Shown here: piece after piece, positions 17,097 to 28,003 of the stretch
Layout of the letters: the number at the start of each line of letters is the position of its first letter
Numbering within the stretch: the first letter of the stretch is position 1
Assembly: GCA_014802045.1 (NCBI GenBank)
Contig: JAAVDA010000021.1
Location: 30,301 to 94,300, forward strand
Origin: Bacteroides sp.
GTDB lineage: Bacteria; Bacteroidota; Bacteroidia; Bacteroidales; Muribaculaceae
Direction: 5' to 3'
Length of the DNA stretch: 64,000 bases
The notes under the pieces: generated by a model
Seen by the model: the letters and a program-made list of their open reading frames with translations, nothing else
Told to the model about the DNA's origin: nothing
Databases searched by the model: none
Made by a program: the position numbers and the translations under genes

Positions 17097-18563
17097 ATGA
17101 AACCTATCACGATATTTCTTTTAGCTTCCACAATTACGGCAGCGGCACAGCAGCCGCTCCACCTCTCGCTTGAGGAGACCATCGCACGCGCCCGTGTCAA
17201 CAGCGTCGACGCGGCGGTGGCTCTCAACGAGCTCCGCACCGCCTATTGGGAGTATAGGACCTACCGGGCCGAATTGCTCCCCGAACTCTCGTTTACCGCT
17301 ACTGTGCCGTCTTATCACAAGCAGTATTCGGCATATATGAATTCCGAAGGTTCCTACTCATTCGTGCGCAACAATTATCTACAGATGACGGGTGAGCTCT
17401 CCGTCACCCAGAATGTGTGGCTCACCGGCGGTTCCTTGTCGCTCAATTCATCCATAGATTTCTTCAGGCAGCTTGAGGGCGACAAATACAACCGCTTCAT
17501 GTCGATTCCTGTGGCGCTGACACTCAATCAGCCTATTTTCGGGGTCAACACAGTGAAGTGGGACCGTAAGATCGAACCTGTGCGCTATGCCGAAGCCAAG
17601 GCTCAGTTTCTGTCGGCCACAGAGACCGTGGCCATGTCGGCGATCAACTATTATTTTAATCTCCTCATGGCAAAGGAAAATGTGGAAATAGCCCGTCAGA
17701 ATCTCGACAATGCCAGCCGTCTGTATGAAGTGGCAAAAGAGAAGCGCGCCATGGGTCAGATAAGTGAGAACGACCTTCTGCAGATGGAGCTCAATCTGCT
17801 CAATGCACGGTCGTCGCTCACCGACTGTGAGAGCAACCTCAAGAGCAATATGTTTACTCTCCGCTCATTTCTCGATCTCGGTGAAGATGTGGAGATTGTG
17901 CCCGAGATACCGTCGCGCATACCGGTGGTTGATGTCACCTATGCCGATGCTCTCGAAAAGGCACTGGCCAACAATAAATTTGCTAAAAATCTGCGCCGTC
18001 GTCAGCTTGAGGCCGATTATGAGGTGGCTAAGGCCAAGGGAAATATGCGCCAGATAAACCTCTTCGCTCAGGTGGGCTATACCGGTACCGACCATACCTT
18101 CGGTGCGTCTTATCAGCGGCTCAAAGATAATCAGGTGGTTGAGATAGGCTTTACAGTGCCGATTCTCGACTGGGGCAAGCGCCGCGGGCGTGTGAAGGTG
18201 GCCGAGAGCAACCGTCAGGTGGTGGAGAGCCGTCTGCGTCAGGAAAGCCAGAATTTCAATCAGGATATATTCATCCTCGTGGAGCGTTTCTGCAATCAGC
18301 AGCAGCAGCTCGGCATAGCCGACAAGGCTTCGGCCATTGCACAGCGCCGCTACGACACCAATGTGGAGACGTTTCTTATAGGGCGTATATCCACTCTCGA
18401 TCTCAACGACTCGCAGGTGAAGAAAGACGAGAGCCGTCAGGAGTATGTCAACGAGCTTTTCCGCTACTGGTACTACTTCTACCAACTCCGCTCCATCACC
18501 CTCTGGGACTATGAGAATTCCACCGGTATAGATGCCGATATAGAACGAATTGTAAAAAGTTGA
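17097..18563 (+). CDS. TolC-family outer membrane channel
   Basis: Signal peptide MKPITIFLLAS..., LSLEETIARAR, two OEP repeats (GQISENDLLQ / GRISTLDL). Confidence 0.9.
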   Translation: MKPITIFLLASTITAAAQQPLHLSLEETIARARVNSVDAAVALNELRTAYWEYRTYRAELLPELSFTATVPSYHKQYSAYMNSEGSYSFVRNNYLQMTGELSVTQNVWLTGGSLSLNSSIDFFRQLEGDKYNRFMSIPVALTLNQPIFGVNTVKWDRKIEPVRYAEAKAQFLSATETVAMSAINYYFNLLMAKENVEIARQNLDNASRLYEVAKEKRAMGQISENDLLQMELNLLNARSSLTDCESNLKSNMFTLRSFLDLGEDVEIVPEIPSRIPVVDVTYADALEKALANNKFAKNLRRRQLEADYEVAKAKGNMRQINLFAQVGYTGTDHTFGASYQRLKDNQVVEIGFTVPILDWGKRRGRVKVAESNRQVVESRLRQESQNFNQDIFILVERFCNQQQQLGIADKASAIAQRRYDTNVETFLIGRISTLDLNDSQVKKDESRQEYVNELFRYWYYFYQLRSITLWDYENSTGIDADIERIVKS

Positions 18564-18572
18564 AATATAGAC

Positions 18573-19862
18573 ATGAAACAGATTATTTATGAAATAAAGT
18601 CGCAGCCACTCATAGCGGCTGTGACTGTGATTGGCACCGCACTCGCAATTTTCCTGATGATGGTAGTGGTGATGCTGCAGCAGGTAAAGGTAATTCCGAT
18701 CGCTCCGGAGAGCGACCGCGACCGTATGCTCTATGTGTCGGGAGTGTCGTTCAGCTACGGACCTGACGACAACCCGTATTACAGCAGCGGGAATTCTAAA
18801 ATGGCCTCTCCCATAGCTCAGGAATTCGGAGAAGACCTGCCGGGAGCTGAGGGAACCACGGTAAGTCAGGGTAGTCATGAGTCTGTGCTTATAGCCGTTG
18901 CGGGTCAGCCTTCGTTTGAAACCGATATGCGTCAGACAGACGAGAAGTTTTTCACGGTCTACTCTTTCCGGTTTCTTGCCGGTAAGTCATTCGATGAGGC
19001 CGACGTGAAATCACACCTCCCCAAAGCGGTGATCAGTGAGAGTGTGGCGCGTGACACATACGGCAATGCCGATGACGCAGTGGGCAAAGAGCTGTTGATT
19101 GACGAAGTGCCTCACACTGTGACCGGTGTGGTGGCCGATGTATCGCCTGTGGCAGACCATGCCTATGCTCAGGTATGGGTCCCTATAGAGGAGACTGATC
19201 CTACAGATTTCTGGGAGCAGATTGGCCTTGGCTCTTATATTCTTGCCATCAAAGCCGAGTCGCCGGATAAATTCAAGGAGATTGGCGATGAAATCAACCG
19301 CCGTGTGGAGATTGTTAAGTCGCGCTATAGCGATAAGGAAAACTTCGTCTACGACATTCAGGGGGCTCCCTACACCCAAGCTGATGAGACATTACATTAC
19401 GGAGGGTCTAAACCGAATCCTTCCGCCGAGCGCCGGCAGCGTCTTATCATCTACTCCATTCTGCTTCTCATTCCGGCCATCAATCTCAGCTCCATGACAC
19501 GAAGCCGTCTGCGCCGTCGCACGAGCGAAATCGGTGTACGCCGCGCGTTCGGATGCACCCGTCTCAGAGTGATTACGGATATCCTTACCGAAAACTTCGT
19601 GATTACCCTTGCAGGCAGTCTCATCGGACTTTTCGCCTGTCTGATATTCGGCTCGCTGCTGTTTGATGCCGTGTTTACGGGCGGATGGTTTACCACCTAT
19701 GCGGTAAAAGCCACCGTGAGCTTCAGCTCGCTGCTCAACTGGGGCATGTTTGCCTATGCGATCCTATTCTGCTTTATCCTCAACCTCCTTTCCACCGGCA
19801 TTCCCGCATGGCGTGCGTCGAGAATCAATCCTGTGGAGGCCATTAACTCTTCAAACCGCTGA
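18573..19862 (+). CDS. MacB/FtsX-type ABC permease, class A (pair 3)
   Basis: GTALAIFLMMVVVML, IPAINLSSMTRSRLRRR, IPAWRASR. Confidence 0.9.
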   Translation: MKQIIYEIKSQPLIAAVTVIGTALAIFLMMVVVMLQQVKVIPIAPESDRDRMLYVSGVSFSYGPDDNPYYSSGNSKMASPIAQEFGEDLPGAEGTTVSQGSHESVLIAVAGQPSFETDMRQTDEKFFTVYSFRFLAGKSFDEADVKSHLPKAVISESVARDTYGNADDAVGKELLIDEVPHTVTGVVADVSPVADHAYAQVWVPIEETDPTDFWEQIGLGSYILAIKAESPDKFKEIGDEINRRVEIVKSRYSDKENFVYDIQGAPYTQADETLHYGGSKPNPSAERRQRLIIYSILLLIPAINLSSMTRSRLRRRTSEIGVRRAFGCTRLRVITDILTENFVITLAGSLIGLFACLIFGSLLFDAVFTGGWFTTYAVKATVSFSSLLNWGMFAYAILFCFILNLLSTGIPAWRASRINPVEAINSSNR

Positions 19863-19869
19863 ACCAGCT

Positions 19870-21159
19870 ATGAATAGAAAATTATTACGTCAGACCGCCA
19901 ACGAATGGCGCACAAATCTCTGGCTTGCTCTGGAGCTCCTAATTGTCAGCATAATAGTGTGGTATATCGCCGACTTTCTCTATGTGGCTGTAGCTACACG
20001 TCTGGAGCCCACCGGCTTTGATGCCGACCATGTGTATAAACTCGAATACCGGGTGCTCCCCAAGGAGAGTCCACGCTATATGGAGACAGAGGGTGATGAG
20101 AAGGAGGCGAGAGCCGACGAACTCCGCCGCATTGTCAATGCTATCCGCCTGCGTCCGGGGGTTGAGGCCGTAAGTCTCTCGATGGGGGCGGAGCCTTATA
20201 GCCAGAACTATATGGGCACAATGCTCAGAACCGAGAGAGACACTCTGGATATGAATGTCTTCACTCGCCGCATCACCCCCTCTCATATCAAGGTGTTGCA
20301 CTACGCTCCTGCAGAGGCCGGTGTGACTGAAGATGCTCTGGTCGAAAAGCTCAGCCGAGGTGAGTATCTGGTTTCGGATTTCTATCCCGGGTTCAATTCC
20401 ACTCATGGCAGTGGCCCGAATATAAAAGACCTCACGGCATCTCAGCTTGTTGGGCGCAGATTTCATCTGTTCCGCGATTCCGTCGACAATTTTACTATCG
20501 GTGGTGTGGTCGGTCTCGTCAAGCGCACGAGCATCGAGTCCGGTGGACCAATCAGTCTCTTTGTTCCCATCAATGAGTCTACCACAGATATCCTCAGCGG
20601 CAGGATTATCAGCGTGAGAGTGAGTCCGGAGGCCGACCGAGATTTCATAGACGGCTTCAATGCCGACCGCGAACGGCTCTATCGTTCGGGCAATACATAT
20701 ATCTCCAAGATACAGAGCTATGATTCCGTGCGTAAGGCAGCTGACCACGACAATATGGTGGAGATCCGCAAATATATCGCCTGTATGGTGTTTATGCTGG
20801 TGAGCGTGTTTCTCGGTCTGCTCGGCACCTTCTGGTTCCGCACTCAGCAGCGTGTGCCCGAAATTGCAGTGCGCAAGGTCAACGGAGCTTCCAATACTTC
20901 TGTGTTCAGCCGTCTCATCGGCGAAGGTATGCTCTTGCTTGCGCTTGTCACTCCGGTGGCCGCTATAGTCGACTGTGTGCTGTGTAAATATGAATTTAAT
21001 TCCGTCTATGGTGCTTTCGGTTATTTTTCGGGCGGACGCTTCCTCATCACAGTGATTTTCACATTTGTCGTTATCGCTCTGATGATTATCGGCGGAATAT
21101 GGTTTCCCGCTGCAAGGGCCATGAAGATTGACCCTGCAAGAGCATTGGCCGATGAATAG
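19870..21159 (+). CDS. MacB/FtsX-type ABC permease, class B (pair 3)
   Basis: NEWRTNLWL, FLGLLGTFWFRTQQR, DPARALADE. Confidence 0.9.
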   Translation: MNRKLLRQTANEWRTNLWLALELLIVSIIVWYIADFLYVAVATRLEPTGFDADHVYKLEYRVLPKESPRYMETEGDEKEARADELRRIVNAIRLRPGVEAVSLSMGAEPYSQNYMGTMLRTERDTLDMNVFTRRITPSHIKVLHYAPAEAGVTEDALVEKLSRGEYLVSDFYPGFNSTHGSGPNIKDLTASQLVGRRFHLFRDSVDNFTIGGVVGLVKRTSIESGGPISLFVPINESTTDILSGRIISVRVSPEADRDFIDGFNADRERLYRSGNTYISKIQSYDSVRKAADHDNMVEIRKYIACMVFMLVSVFLGLLGTFWFRTQQRVPEIAVRKVNGASNTSVFSRLIGEGMLLLALVTPVAAIVDCVLCKYEFNSVYGAFGYFSGGRFLITVIFTFVVIALMIIGGIWFPAARAMKIDPARALADE

Positions 21160-21313
21160 TTAATTAACCTTAAATAATTCGTATCTTTAGTGAGCCACGT
21201 AGAGTTTATTGGTCTCTACGTGGCTTTGTTTCAGAAAAAAGTGTTACCTTTGCATTTACAAACAGTCACGGAGGAGGCGTTCAGCTTCCTCCCTTTTATT
21301 TATAGCATTGAAT

Positions 21314-21787
21314 ATGATTGACCGCCAATTGCTTTCCGATACTGTAGAGGCTGCTATCGCCGGCACAGATGCCTTCCTGGTCGAAGTGACCGTGGGAGCC
21401 GACAACCGTATCACCGTGGAGATTGATAGCCCTACGGGGGTGGATATAGACACATGTGTGGCTCTGACCCGTAAGATTGAGGAGGTCTTTGACCGCGATG
21501 TTGAAGACTATGAGCTTGAAGTCGGGTCTGCCGGTCTCACCTCTCCTTTCAAGGTGAAAGGACAGTATGAGAAAAATATCGGCAACCGGATTGAAGTGCT
21601 CACCCGCGACGGCCAGAAACTCCGCGGAGAGCTCACCGCAGTGAGCGAAGATGGGTCGGAGTTTACCGTCATAGTGCCCCGCAAGGTGAAGGAGGAGGGC
21701 CGGAAGCGTCCGGTCACCGTAGAAGAGCCTCTCACTCTCAAGGTGGCCGACACTAAAGAGGTGAGATATCTGATTGAATTCAAATAA
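21314..21787 (+). CDS. rimP: Ribosome maturation factor RimP
   Basis: DYELEVGSAGLTSPFKV; position directly upstream of nusA; TACCTTTG promoter at ~21245. Confidence 0.93.
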   Translation: MIDRQLLSDTVEAAIAGTDAFLVEVTVGADNRITVEIDSPTGVDIDTCVALTRKIEEVFDRDVEDYELEVGSAGLTSPFKVKGQYEKNIGNRIEVLTRDGQKLRGELTAVSEDGSEFTVIVPRKVKEEGRKRPVTVEEPLTLKVADTKEVRYLIEFK

Positions 21788-21836
21788 CCCCCTGATAATA
21801 CAAAAAAAACAATACCATTCAATATACATCATAGAT

Positions 21837-23150
21837 ATGGCTAAGAAAGAAGAGACTCCCAACATGGTGGAGCGTTTCGCCGAGTTCAAAGAGCTGAAAA
21901 ACATCGATAAGACCACGATGATTAGCGTGCTCGAGGAATCGTTTCGCAATGTGCTTGCCAAGATGTTTGGCACTGATGAGAACCTCGACGTGATTATGAA
22001 CCCCGACAAGGGCGACGTGCAGATTTTCCAGAATCTCGAGGTGGTGCCCGACGGAGAGGTCGCCGACCCCAATCTTCAGATAAGCCTCAGCGATGCCCGT
22101 GCCGACCAAGACCCCGACGCCGAAATAGGCGACGAACATACGAAGGAGATTATTTTTGCCGACTTCGGACGTCGTGCCATTCTCAATCTCCGCCAGACTC
22201 TCCAGTCAAAGATTCTCGACCTGCAGAAAGAAGCGATCTACACAAAATTCAAAGATCTCGAAGGTGAAATCGTGTCGGGCGAGGTGTATCAGACATGGTC
22301 AAGAGAAACCCTTCTTATCGACGACGACAAAAACGAACTCCTTCTGCCCAAGAGCGAGTCTATCCCCGGCGACTATTTCCGCAAGGGTGAGACCGTGAGA
22401 GCGGTTGTGTCTAACGTAGATAATAAGAACAACAACCCCAAAATCACTGTTTCGCGCACCAGCGATACATTCCTGCGCCGCCTCTTCGAGCTTGAGGTGC
22501 CTGAAATCCACGATGGTCTCATAGTGATTCGTGCGGTGGCTCGCATACCGGGCGAACGCGCCAAGATAGCCGTAGAGAGCTACGATGAGCGCATTGACCC
22601 TGTGGGAGCATGCGTGGGTGTGAAGGGTTCGCGTATACATGGTATTGTGCGCGAGCTCCGCAACGAGAATATCGATGTGATAAACTACACTTCAAATCCG
22701 TCTCTCTTCATCCAGCGTGCTCTCAGCCCCGCCAAGATATCGTCTATCCGTATAGATGAAGACGAAAAGAAGGCCGAAGTGTTCCTTCGTCCTGAAGAGG
22801 TGTCGCTCGCTATCGGTAAAGGCGGTCTCAACATCAAGCTCGCTTCGATGCTCACAGGCTATGTGATCGACGTGTATCGCGACACCGAGGAGACATTTGA
22901 AGAAGACATCTACCTCGACGAATTTAAGGACGAAATCGATGCCTGGGTTATCGAGGCTCTTAAGAATGCCGGCTGTGTCACAGCCAAGAGCGTTCTCAAG
23001 ATGCCCCGTCAGGAAATCATCGACAAGGCAGACCTTGAGGAAGACACCGTAGACCAGGTGCTTGCCGTGCTCAAAGCCGAGTTCGAAGACGAAGAACCCG
23101 TCTCTGACGAGGCTGCCGAAGAGCTTCCTGAGGGCGACGACGCCGAATAA
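21837..23150 (+). CDS. nusA: Transcription termination factor NusA
   Basis: S1 and KH domains, ARIPGERAKIAV, DPVGACVGVKGSRI, LAIGKGGLNIKLA. Confidence 0.97.
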   Translation: MAKKEETPNMVERFAEFKELKNIDKTTMISVLEESFRNVLAKMFGTDENLDVIMNPDKGDVQIFQNLEVVPDGEVADPNLQISLSDARADQDPDAEIGDEHTKEIIFADFGRRAILNLRQTLQSKILDLQKEAIYTKFKDLEGEIVSGEVYQTWSRETLLIDDDKNELLLPKSESIPGDYFRKGETVRAVVSNVDNKNNNPKITVSRTSDTFLRRLFELEVPEIHDGLIVIRAVARIPGERAKIAVESYDERIDPVGACVGVKGSRIHGIVRELRNENIDVINYTSNPSLFIQRALSPAKISSIRIDEDEKKAEVFLRPEEVSLAIGKGGLNIKLASMLTGYVIDVYRDTEETFEEDIYLDEFKDEIDAWVIEALKNAGCVTAKSVLKMPRQEIIDKADLEEDTVDQVLAVLKAEFEDEEPVSDEAAEELPEGDDAE

Positions 23151-23217
23151 TTCCGGCTCCTCTGACGCCCTCTCCTCCCTCTCTCACATTTTATAAGCAA
23201 AACCTCTATAACAACAT

Positions 23218-26127
23218 ATGGCGAGAACGAAAATAAGTAAAGTAGCAAAAGACTTCAACGTGGCGCTCCCCACGGTGATAGAATTTCTGCGCAAAAAAGG
23301 AATTACGATTGAGGATAATCCCAACGCTCGTATTGAAGACGACGTCTACGACATCCTCGTGAAGGAATATCAGCCCGACAGACTGCAGAAGACAAAATCA
23401 GACTCTCTCTCATCTGACCGCCAGACAAAGACCAAGACACCTGTCGAGCCTAAGGCTGAAGAGGTGAAGCCAGTAGCGCAGAATGTGGTCGGACCTAAAG
23501 TGGTGGGCCATATAGAGCTCGACCGTCGTGGAGAGCCGGTGAGACGTAAGCCCGAAGTAAAGGCTCAGCCAGCTCCGGCTCCTGCACCCACACCTGCGCC
23601 TGCCCCTGCGCCCAAACCGGCTCCGCGCCCGGTTGAAGAGGCACCCGCACTCAAGCCGGCCGCACCCGCACCCAAGCCAGAAGTGAAGCATGAGGCAAAG
23701 CCTGCCTCAAAGCCCGCAGCGGCTCCTGCGCCTAAACCCACTCCGGCTCCCGCACCGAAGCCTGAGACTCAGAAACAGCCTGAGGCTCCCGCCGCCACCA
23801 AGCCTGCCGAAACAACACCTGCTGCTGAGAAAAAAGAACCTGAGATTTTCACTGTAGGGGTGCCCAAAGTAGGTCCGTCAATCAATGTGGTGGGTAAGAT
23901 AGACCTTTCTGCAATCAATCAGTCCACTCGCCCCAAGAAAAAAAGCAAGGAGGAAAAGCGCAACGACCGCATTGCAGCGGCACGTGGTGCGGCAGGAGCG
24001 GCCGCATCTACTCCCGGAGCTGCCGGCGACCGCAAGAAGCGCAAGCGCATAGGCGGTAAAGAAAAAATCGATATCGAGAAGACTTCGCAGCAGACCTCTC
24101 AGAACGGTTCAGACCGTCGTGGAGGCGGCAACGGAGGCGGACGTGGCGACCGTGACCGTCGTGGAGGCGGTTCGCGCAACGATCGCGACCGCAACCGCCA
24201 CGCACAGACCCACACCGAAGTGAGCGAAGAGGATGTGCAGAAGCAGGTGAAGGAAACCCTCGCACGCCTCACCAATAAAGATAAAGGCCTTAAGAAAGGA
24301 GCCAAATGGCGCAAGGAGAAGCGTGAAGCTGTGGCTGAACGCGTGCGCGAAGCTCATGAGCTTGAGGCTATGGAGAGCAAAGTGCTCAAACTCACTGAGT
24401 TTGTGACAGCCAATGACCTCGCCTCAATGATGGATGTGCCGGTCAACAATGTTATCGCCACATGTATGAATCTCGGTGTGATGGTGTCTATCAACCAGCG
24501 TCTGGATGCCGAAACTATCAATATCGTGGCAGAAGAATTCGGCTATGAGACTGAGTTTGTGTCGGCAGAGGTTGTAGAGGCAATAAGCCAGGAGGAGGAT
24601 ACTGAAGAGGATCTCCAGTCTCGTCCGCCGATTGTCACCGTGATGGGTCATGTGGACCATGGTAAGACATCTCTGCTCGACTATATCCGCAATGCAAACG
24701 TGATAGCCGGTGAGGCCGGCGGTATCACCCAGCATATCGGTGCATACAATGTGAAGCTCGCCGACGGACGCCACATCACATTCCTCGACACCCCGGGCCA
24801 CGAAGCGTTTACGGCCATGCGTGCCCGTGGTGCCAAAGTGACCGACCTGTGTATCATCATAGTGGCAGCCGACGACAATGTGATGCCTCAGACTGTCGAA
24901 GCTATCAATCATGCCTCTGCAGCCGGTGTGCCCATTGTCTTTGCCATCAATAAAATCGATAAGCCCGCTGCCAATCCCGAGAAGGTGAAGGAGGAGCTGG
25001 CCAACATGAACTACCTCGTGGAAGACTGGGGTGGGAAATACCAGAGCCAGGATATATCGGCCAAGAAGGGTATCGGTGTAGATGAACTCATGGAAAAGGT
25101 GCTTCTCGAAGCCGAGATGCTCGACCTCAAGGCCAACCCCAACCGAAAGGCTACCGGTTCGATTATTGAATCTTCGCTCGACAAGGGTCGCGGCTATGTG
25201 GCCACCGTGCTCGTGCAGAACGGCACTCTCCATGTGGGCGACACTATTCTTGCCGGAACTCACTACGGCAAGATCAAGGCGATGTTCAACGAGCGCAATC
25301 AGCGCATCAAGGAGGCCGGACCTGCCGAACCGGCTCTTATCCTCGGTCTGAACGGTGCTCCTACGGCCGGCGACACATTCAATGTGATGGATTCTGACCA
25401 GGAAGCCCGCGAGATCGCCACCAAGCGCGAGCAGTTGCAGCGTGAGCTTGGTCTCCGCACCAAGAAGTTGCTCACCCTCGATGATATAGGTCGTCGCCGT
25501 GCTATCGGCAACTTCCAGGAGCTCAATATCATAGTGAAGGGCGATGTGGACGGCTCTATCGAAGCTCTCAGCGATTCGCTCATCAAGCTCTCCACTCCTG
25601 AAATTCAGGTCAATGTGCTCCACAAGGCTGTGGGTGAAATCTCCGAGAGCGATGTGACTCTCGCCGCCGCTTCCGATGCCATCATCATCGGTTTCCAAGT
25701 GCGTCCGTCGCAGGCCGCACGTCGTGCTGCCGAAGCCGACGGTGTGGAAATCCGCCTCTACTCAGTCATCTATCAGGCCATAGAGGAGGTGAAAGACGCT
25801 ATGGAGGGCATGCTTGCTCCCGAAATCAAGGAGGAAGTGACCGGTACTGCCGAAGTGCTCCAGACCTATCATATCTCCAAGGTCGGCACAGTGGCCGGAT
25901 GTATCGTGCGCGAAGGTCGTATCAAGCGCTCATGCAAGGTGCGCCTGATTCGCGACGGCATCGTGAAATATACCGGCGAGCTTGGATCGCTCAAGCGCTT
26001 CAAGGACGATGTGAAAGAGGTCGTGTCGGGCTACGACTGCGGTCTTAATATCGCCGGCTACAACGATGTGAAGGAGGGCGACTTCATCGAAGCCTTTGAA
26101 GAGGTAGAGGTGAAAAAGACTCTCTGA
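23218..26127 (+). CDS. infB: Translation initiation factor IF-2
   Basis: [33 protein letters not shown]. Confidence 0.98.
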   Translation: MARTKISKVAKDFNVALPTVIEFLRKKGITIEDNPNARIEDDVYDILVKEYQPDRLQKTKSDSLSSDRQTKTKTPVEPKAEEVKPVAQNVVGPKVVGHIELDRRGEPVRRKPEVKAQPAPAPAPTPAPAPAPKPAPRPVEEAPALKPAAPAPKPEVKHEAKPASKPAAAPAPKPTPAPAPKPETQKQPEAPAATKPAETTPAAEKKEPEIFTVGVPKVGPSINVVGKIDLSAINQSTRPKKKSKEEKRNDRIAAARGAAGAAASTPGAAGDRKKRKRIGGKEKIDIEKTSQQTSQNGSDRRGGGNGGGRGDRDRRGGGSRNDRDRNRHAQTHTEVSEEDVQKQVKETLARLTNKDKGLKKGAKWRKEKREAVAERVREAHELEAMESKVLKLTEFVTANDLASMMDVPVNNVIATCMNLGVMVSINQRLDAETINIVAEEFGYETEFVSAEVVEAISQEEDTEEDLQSRPPIVTVMGHVDHGKTSLLDYIRNANVIAGEAGGITQHIGAYNVKLADGRHITFLDTPGHEAFTAMRARGAKVTDLCIIIVAADDNVMPQTVEAINHASAAGVPIVFAINKIDKPAANPEKVKEELANMNYLVEDWGGKYQSQDISAKKGIGVDELMEKVLLEAEMLDLKANPNRKATGSIIESSLDKGRGYVATVLVQNGTLHVGDTILAGTHYGKIKAMFNERNQRIKEAGPAEPALILGLNGAPTAGDTFNVMDSDQEAREIATKREQLQRELGLRTKKLLTLDDIGRRRAIGNFQELNIIVKGDVDGSIEALSDSLIKLSTPEIQVNVLHKAVGEISESDVTLAAASDAIIIGFQVRPSQAARRAAEADGVEIRLYSVIYQAIEEVKDAMEGMLAPEIKEEVTGTAEVLQTYHISKVGTVAGCIVREGRIKRSCKVRLIRDGIVKYTGELGSLKRFKDDVKEVVSGYDCGLNIAGYNDVKEGDFIEAFEEVEVKKTL

Positions 26128-26636
26128 TGATACCTGAAGCCTATATCTCGATAGGTTCGAATATCGGTGACCGCCGCGCTCAGATTGAGCGGGCGGTCAC
26201 TGCTCTTTCGTGCCTCGCCGAAGCCCCGGTGAGACTCTCCTCGGTCTTGGAAACTCCTCCGTGGGGATATGATGGAGGGTGCGACTTTCTTAATATCTGC
26301 ATGGCTCTTCCCGTTTCGATTCCGCCGCAGGAACTCATCGGCAGGCTTCTGGCAGTGCAGAATGAGATTGATTCCTCTCCACATCGCAATCCGGACGGTT
26401 CGTATGCCGACCGCCGCATAGATATAGATCTGATAGCGGTGGGCTCCTGTGTGGTGAGCACACCTGAGCTTATTCTGCCTCATCCGAGAATGCATCTCCG
26501 TGAGTTTGTGCTGATTCCTCTTGCCGAAATAGCCCCGGGGTGGGTTCATCCTGTGCTTTCGCTCACTCCGGCTGAGATGTTGGCGGCAATATCATCGGAA
26601 AATTGTAAATTTGCACAACGAAAGAATTGTAAATAA
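26127..26636 (+). CDS. folK: HPPK (6-hydroxymethyl-7,8-dihydropterin pyrophosphokinase)
   Basis: YISIGSNIGDR, DRRIDIDLI, LPHPRMHLREFVLIPL. Confidence 0.93.
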   Translation: MIPEAYISIGSNIGDRRAQIERAVTALSCLAEAPVRLSSVLETPPWGYDGGCDFLNICMALPVSIPPQELIGRLLAVQNEIDSSPHRNPDGSYADRRIDIDLIAVGSCVVSTPELILPHPRMHLREFVLIPLAEIAPGWVHPVLSLTPAEMLAAISSENCKFAQRKNCK

Positions 26637-26659
26637 ATATTTGAAATCTCCCATCGGTT

Positions 26660-28003
26660 ATGATTCTGATTGCAGACGACGACAATAGTGTCAGGCTCTC
26701 ACTGAGTCTGCTCCTGAAACGTGCCGGCCATGAAGTGAAAGCTGTAGCCACTCCCGGCGAGGCGCTCGATGTGGTGCGCTCCACTCCTTTGCAGCTTATA
26801 ATCATGGATATGAACTTCACTCTCGCCGTGAGCGGCGAAGAGGGCATCGAGTTGCTCAGGAAGTGCAAGGTGTTTCAGCCTGAAACTCCTGTCATACTAA
26901 TCACCGCATGGGGAAGCATACCTCTGGCGGTGGAGGGTATGCAGTCGGGAGCGTTTGATTTCATCACCAAGCCGTGGAACAATCAGGAACTGCTCCGGAG
27001 AGTGGAGACAGCGGTGAGTTTGTCGGCGGAGAGAGAATCAACCCAGACACCGGCCGAAGATTTTGACCGTAGCGGCATCATAGGCGAGAGTCCGGCTCTC
27101 ATTTCGGTGCTCAACCAGGTGAAGCGTGTGGCTCCGACCGACGCCTCTGTGCTTATTCTCGGTGAGAACGGCACCGGCAAAGAACTGATAGCCCGTGCCA
27201 TTCATGCCAATAGCCGCCGGAATGCCAATCCTTTTGTGGCTGTCAATCTCGGGGGAATTCCGAGATCTCTTTTCGAGAGCGAGATGTTCGGCCATGCCAA
27301 AGGGGCTTTCACCGGGGCGGTAGCGGCGCGTAAAGGTCGATTCGAGACAGCAGAGGGTGGCACGATTTTTCTCGATGAGATTGGCGATCTCGACCAGCCT
27401 TCGCAGGTGAAGATGCTCCGTGTGCTTCAGGAGCGCACATTCGAACCATTGGGTGATAGCCGGCCCAGAAAGGCCGATGTGAGAGTGGTGTGTGCCACTA
27501 ATGCAAACCTTGAAGCGATGGTGGCGGAGCGTACTTTCAGAGAAGACCTTTACTACCGTATCAACCTGATCACACTTCATTTGCCCCCTCTTCGCGAGCG
27601 GCGCACGGATATTCCGCTCCTGGTCAATCATTTTGCCGACAGCTATGCCGCGCGCGAACATGTGAGCCGTCCGGAAATAAGCGGTGAGGCTATGACCTGG
27701 CTGAGTGCGCAGCCATATCCGGGCAATATCCGCGAGCTTCGCAATCTGGTGGAGCGTGCCATTATTGTGAGCGGAAAAGAGATTCTGGGGATAGACGATT
27801 TCACAATGCTGGTGCCAGAGCGGCATGAAGGCGACATCTCTTTGCCTTCCGGACTCGACGGCGCTACTCTCGATGATATAGAGCGTCGTGCAGTGGCTGC
27901 CGCTATCGAATCGTCAGGAGGCAATCTGAAACTGGCAGCCGCCACTCTGGGCATCACCCGCCAGTCGCTCTACCGGCGGATGGAAAAATACGGAATGAAA
28001 TGA
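26660..28003 (+). CDS. Sigma54-dependent NtrC-family response regulator
   Basis: Receiver domain (ADDD, MDMN), AAA+ GENGTGKE, GAFTGA, FLDEIGD, Fis-type HTH. Confidence 0.95.
   Translation: MILIADDDNSVRLSLSLLLKRAGHEVKAVATPGEALDVVRSTPLQLIIMDMNFTLAVSGEEGIELLRKCKVFQPETPVILITAWGSIPLAVEGMQSGAFDFITKPWNNQELLRRVETAVSLSAERESTQTPAEDFDRSGIIGESPALISVLNQVKRVAPTDASVLILGENGTGKELIARAIHANSRRNANPFVAVNLGGIPRSLFESEMFGHAKGAFTGAVAARKGRFETAEGGTIFLDEIGDLDQPSQVKMLRVLQERTFEPLGDSRPRKADVRVVCATNANLEAMVAERTFREDLYYRINLITLHLPPLRERRTDIPLLVNHFADSYAAREHVSRPEISGEAMTWLSAQPYPGNIRELRNLVERAIIVSGKEILGIDDFTMLVPERHEGDISLPSGLDGATLDDIERRAVAAAIESSGGNLKLAAATLGITRQSLYRRMEKYGMK

Noticed and set aside
23560-24200. PAPAP and GGG/RDR low-complexity repeats
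   Set aside because: Normal variable N-terminal region of IF-2.
24424-25698. 424-aa antisense ORF (and many similar shadow ORFs, e.g. 17865-18878)
   Set aside because: Antisense to well-supported genes; a common artefact of codon bias.
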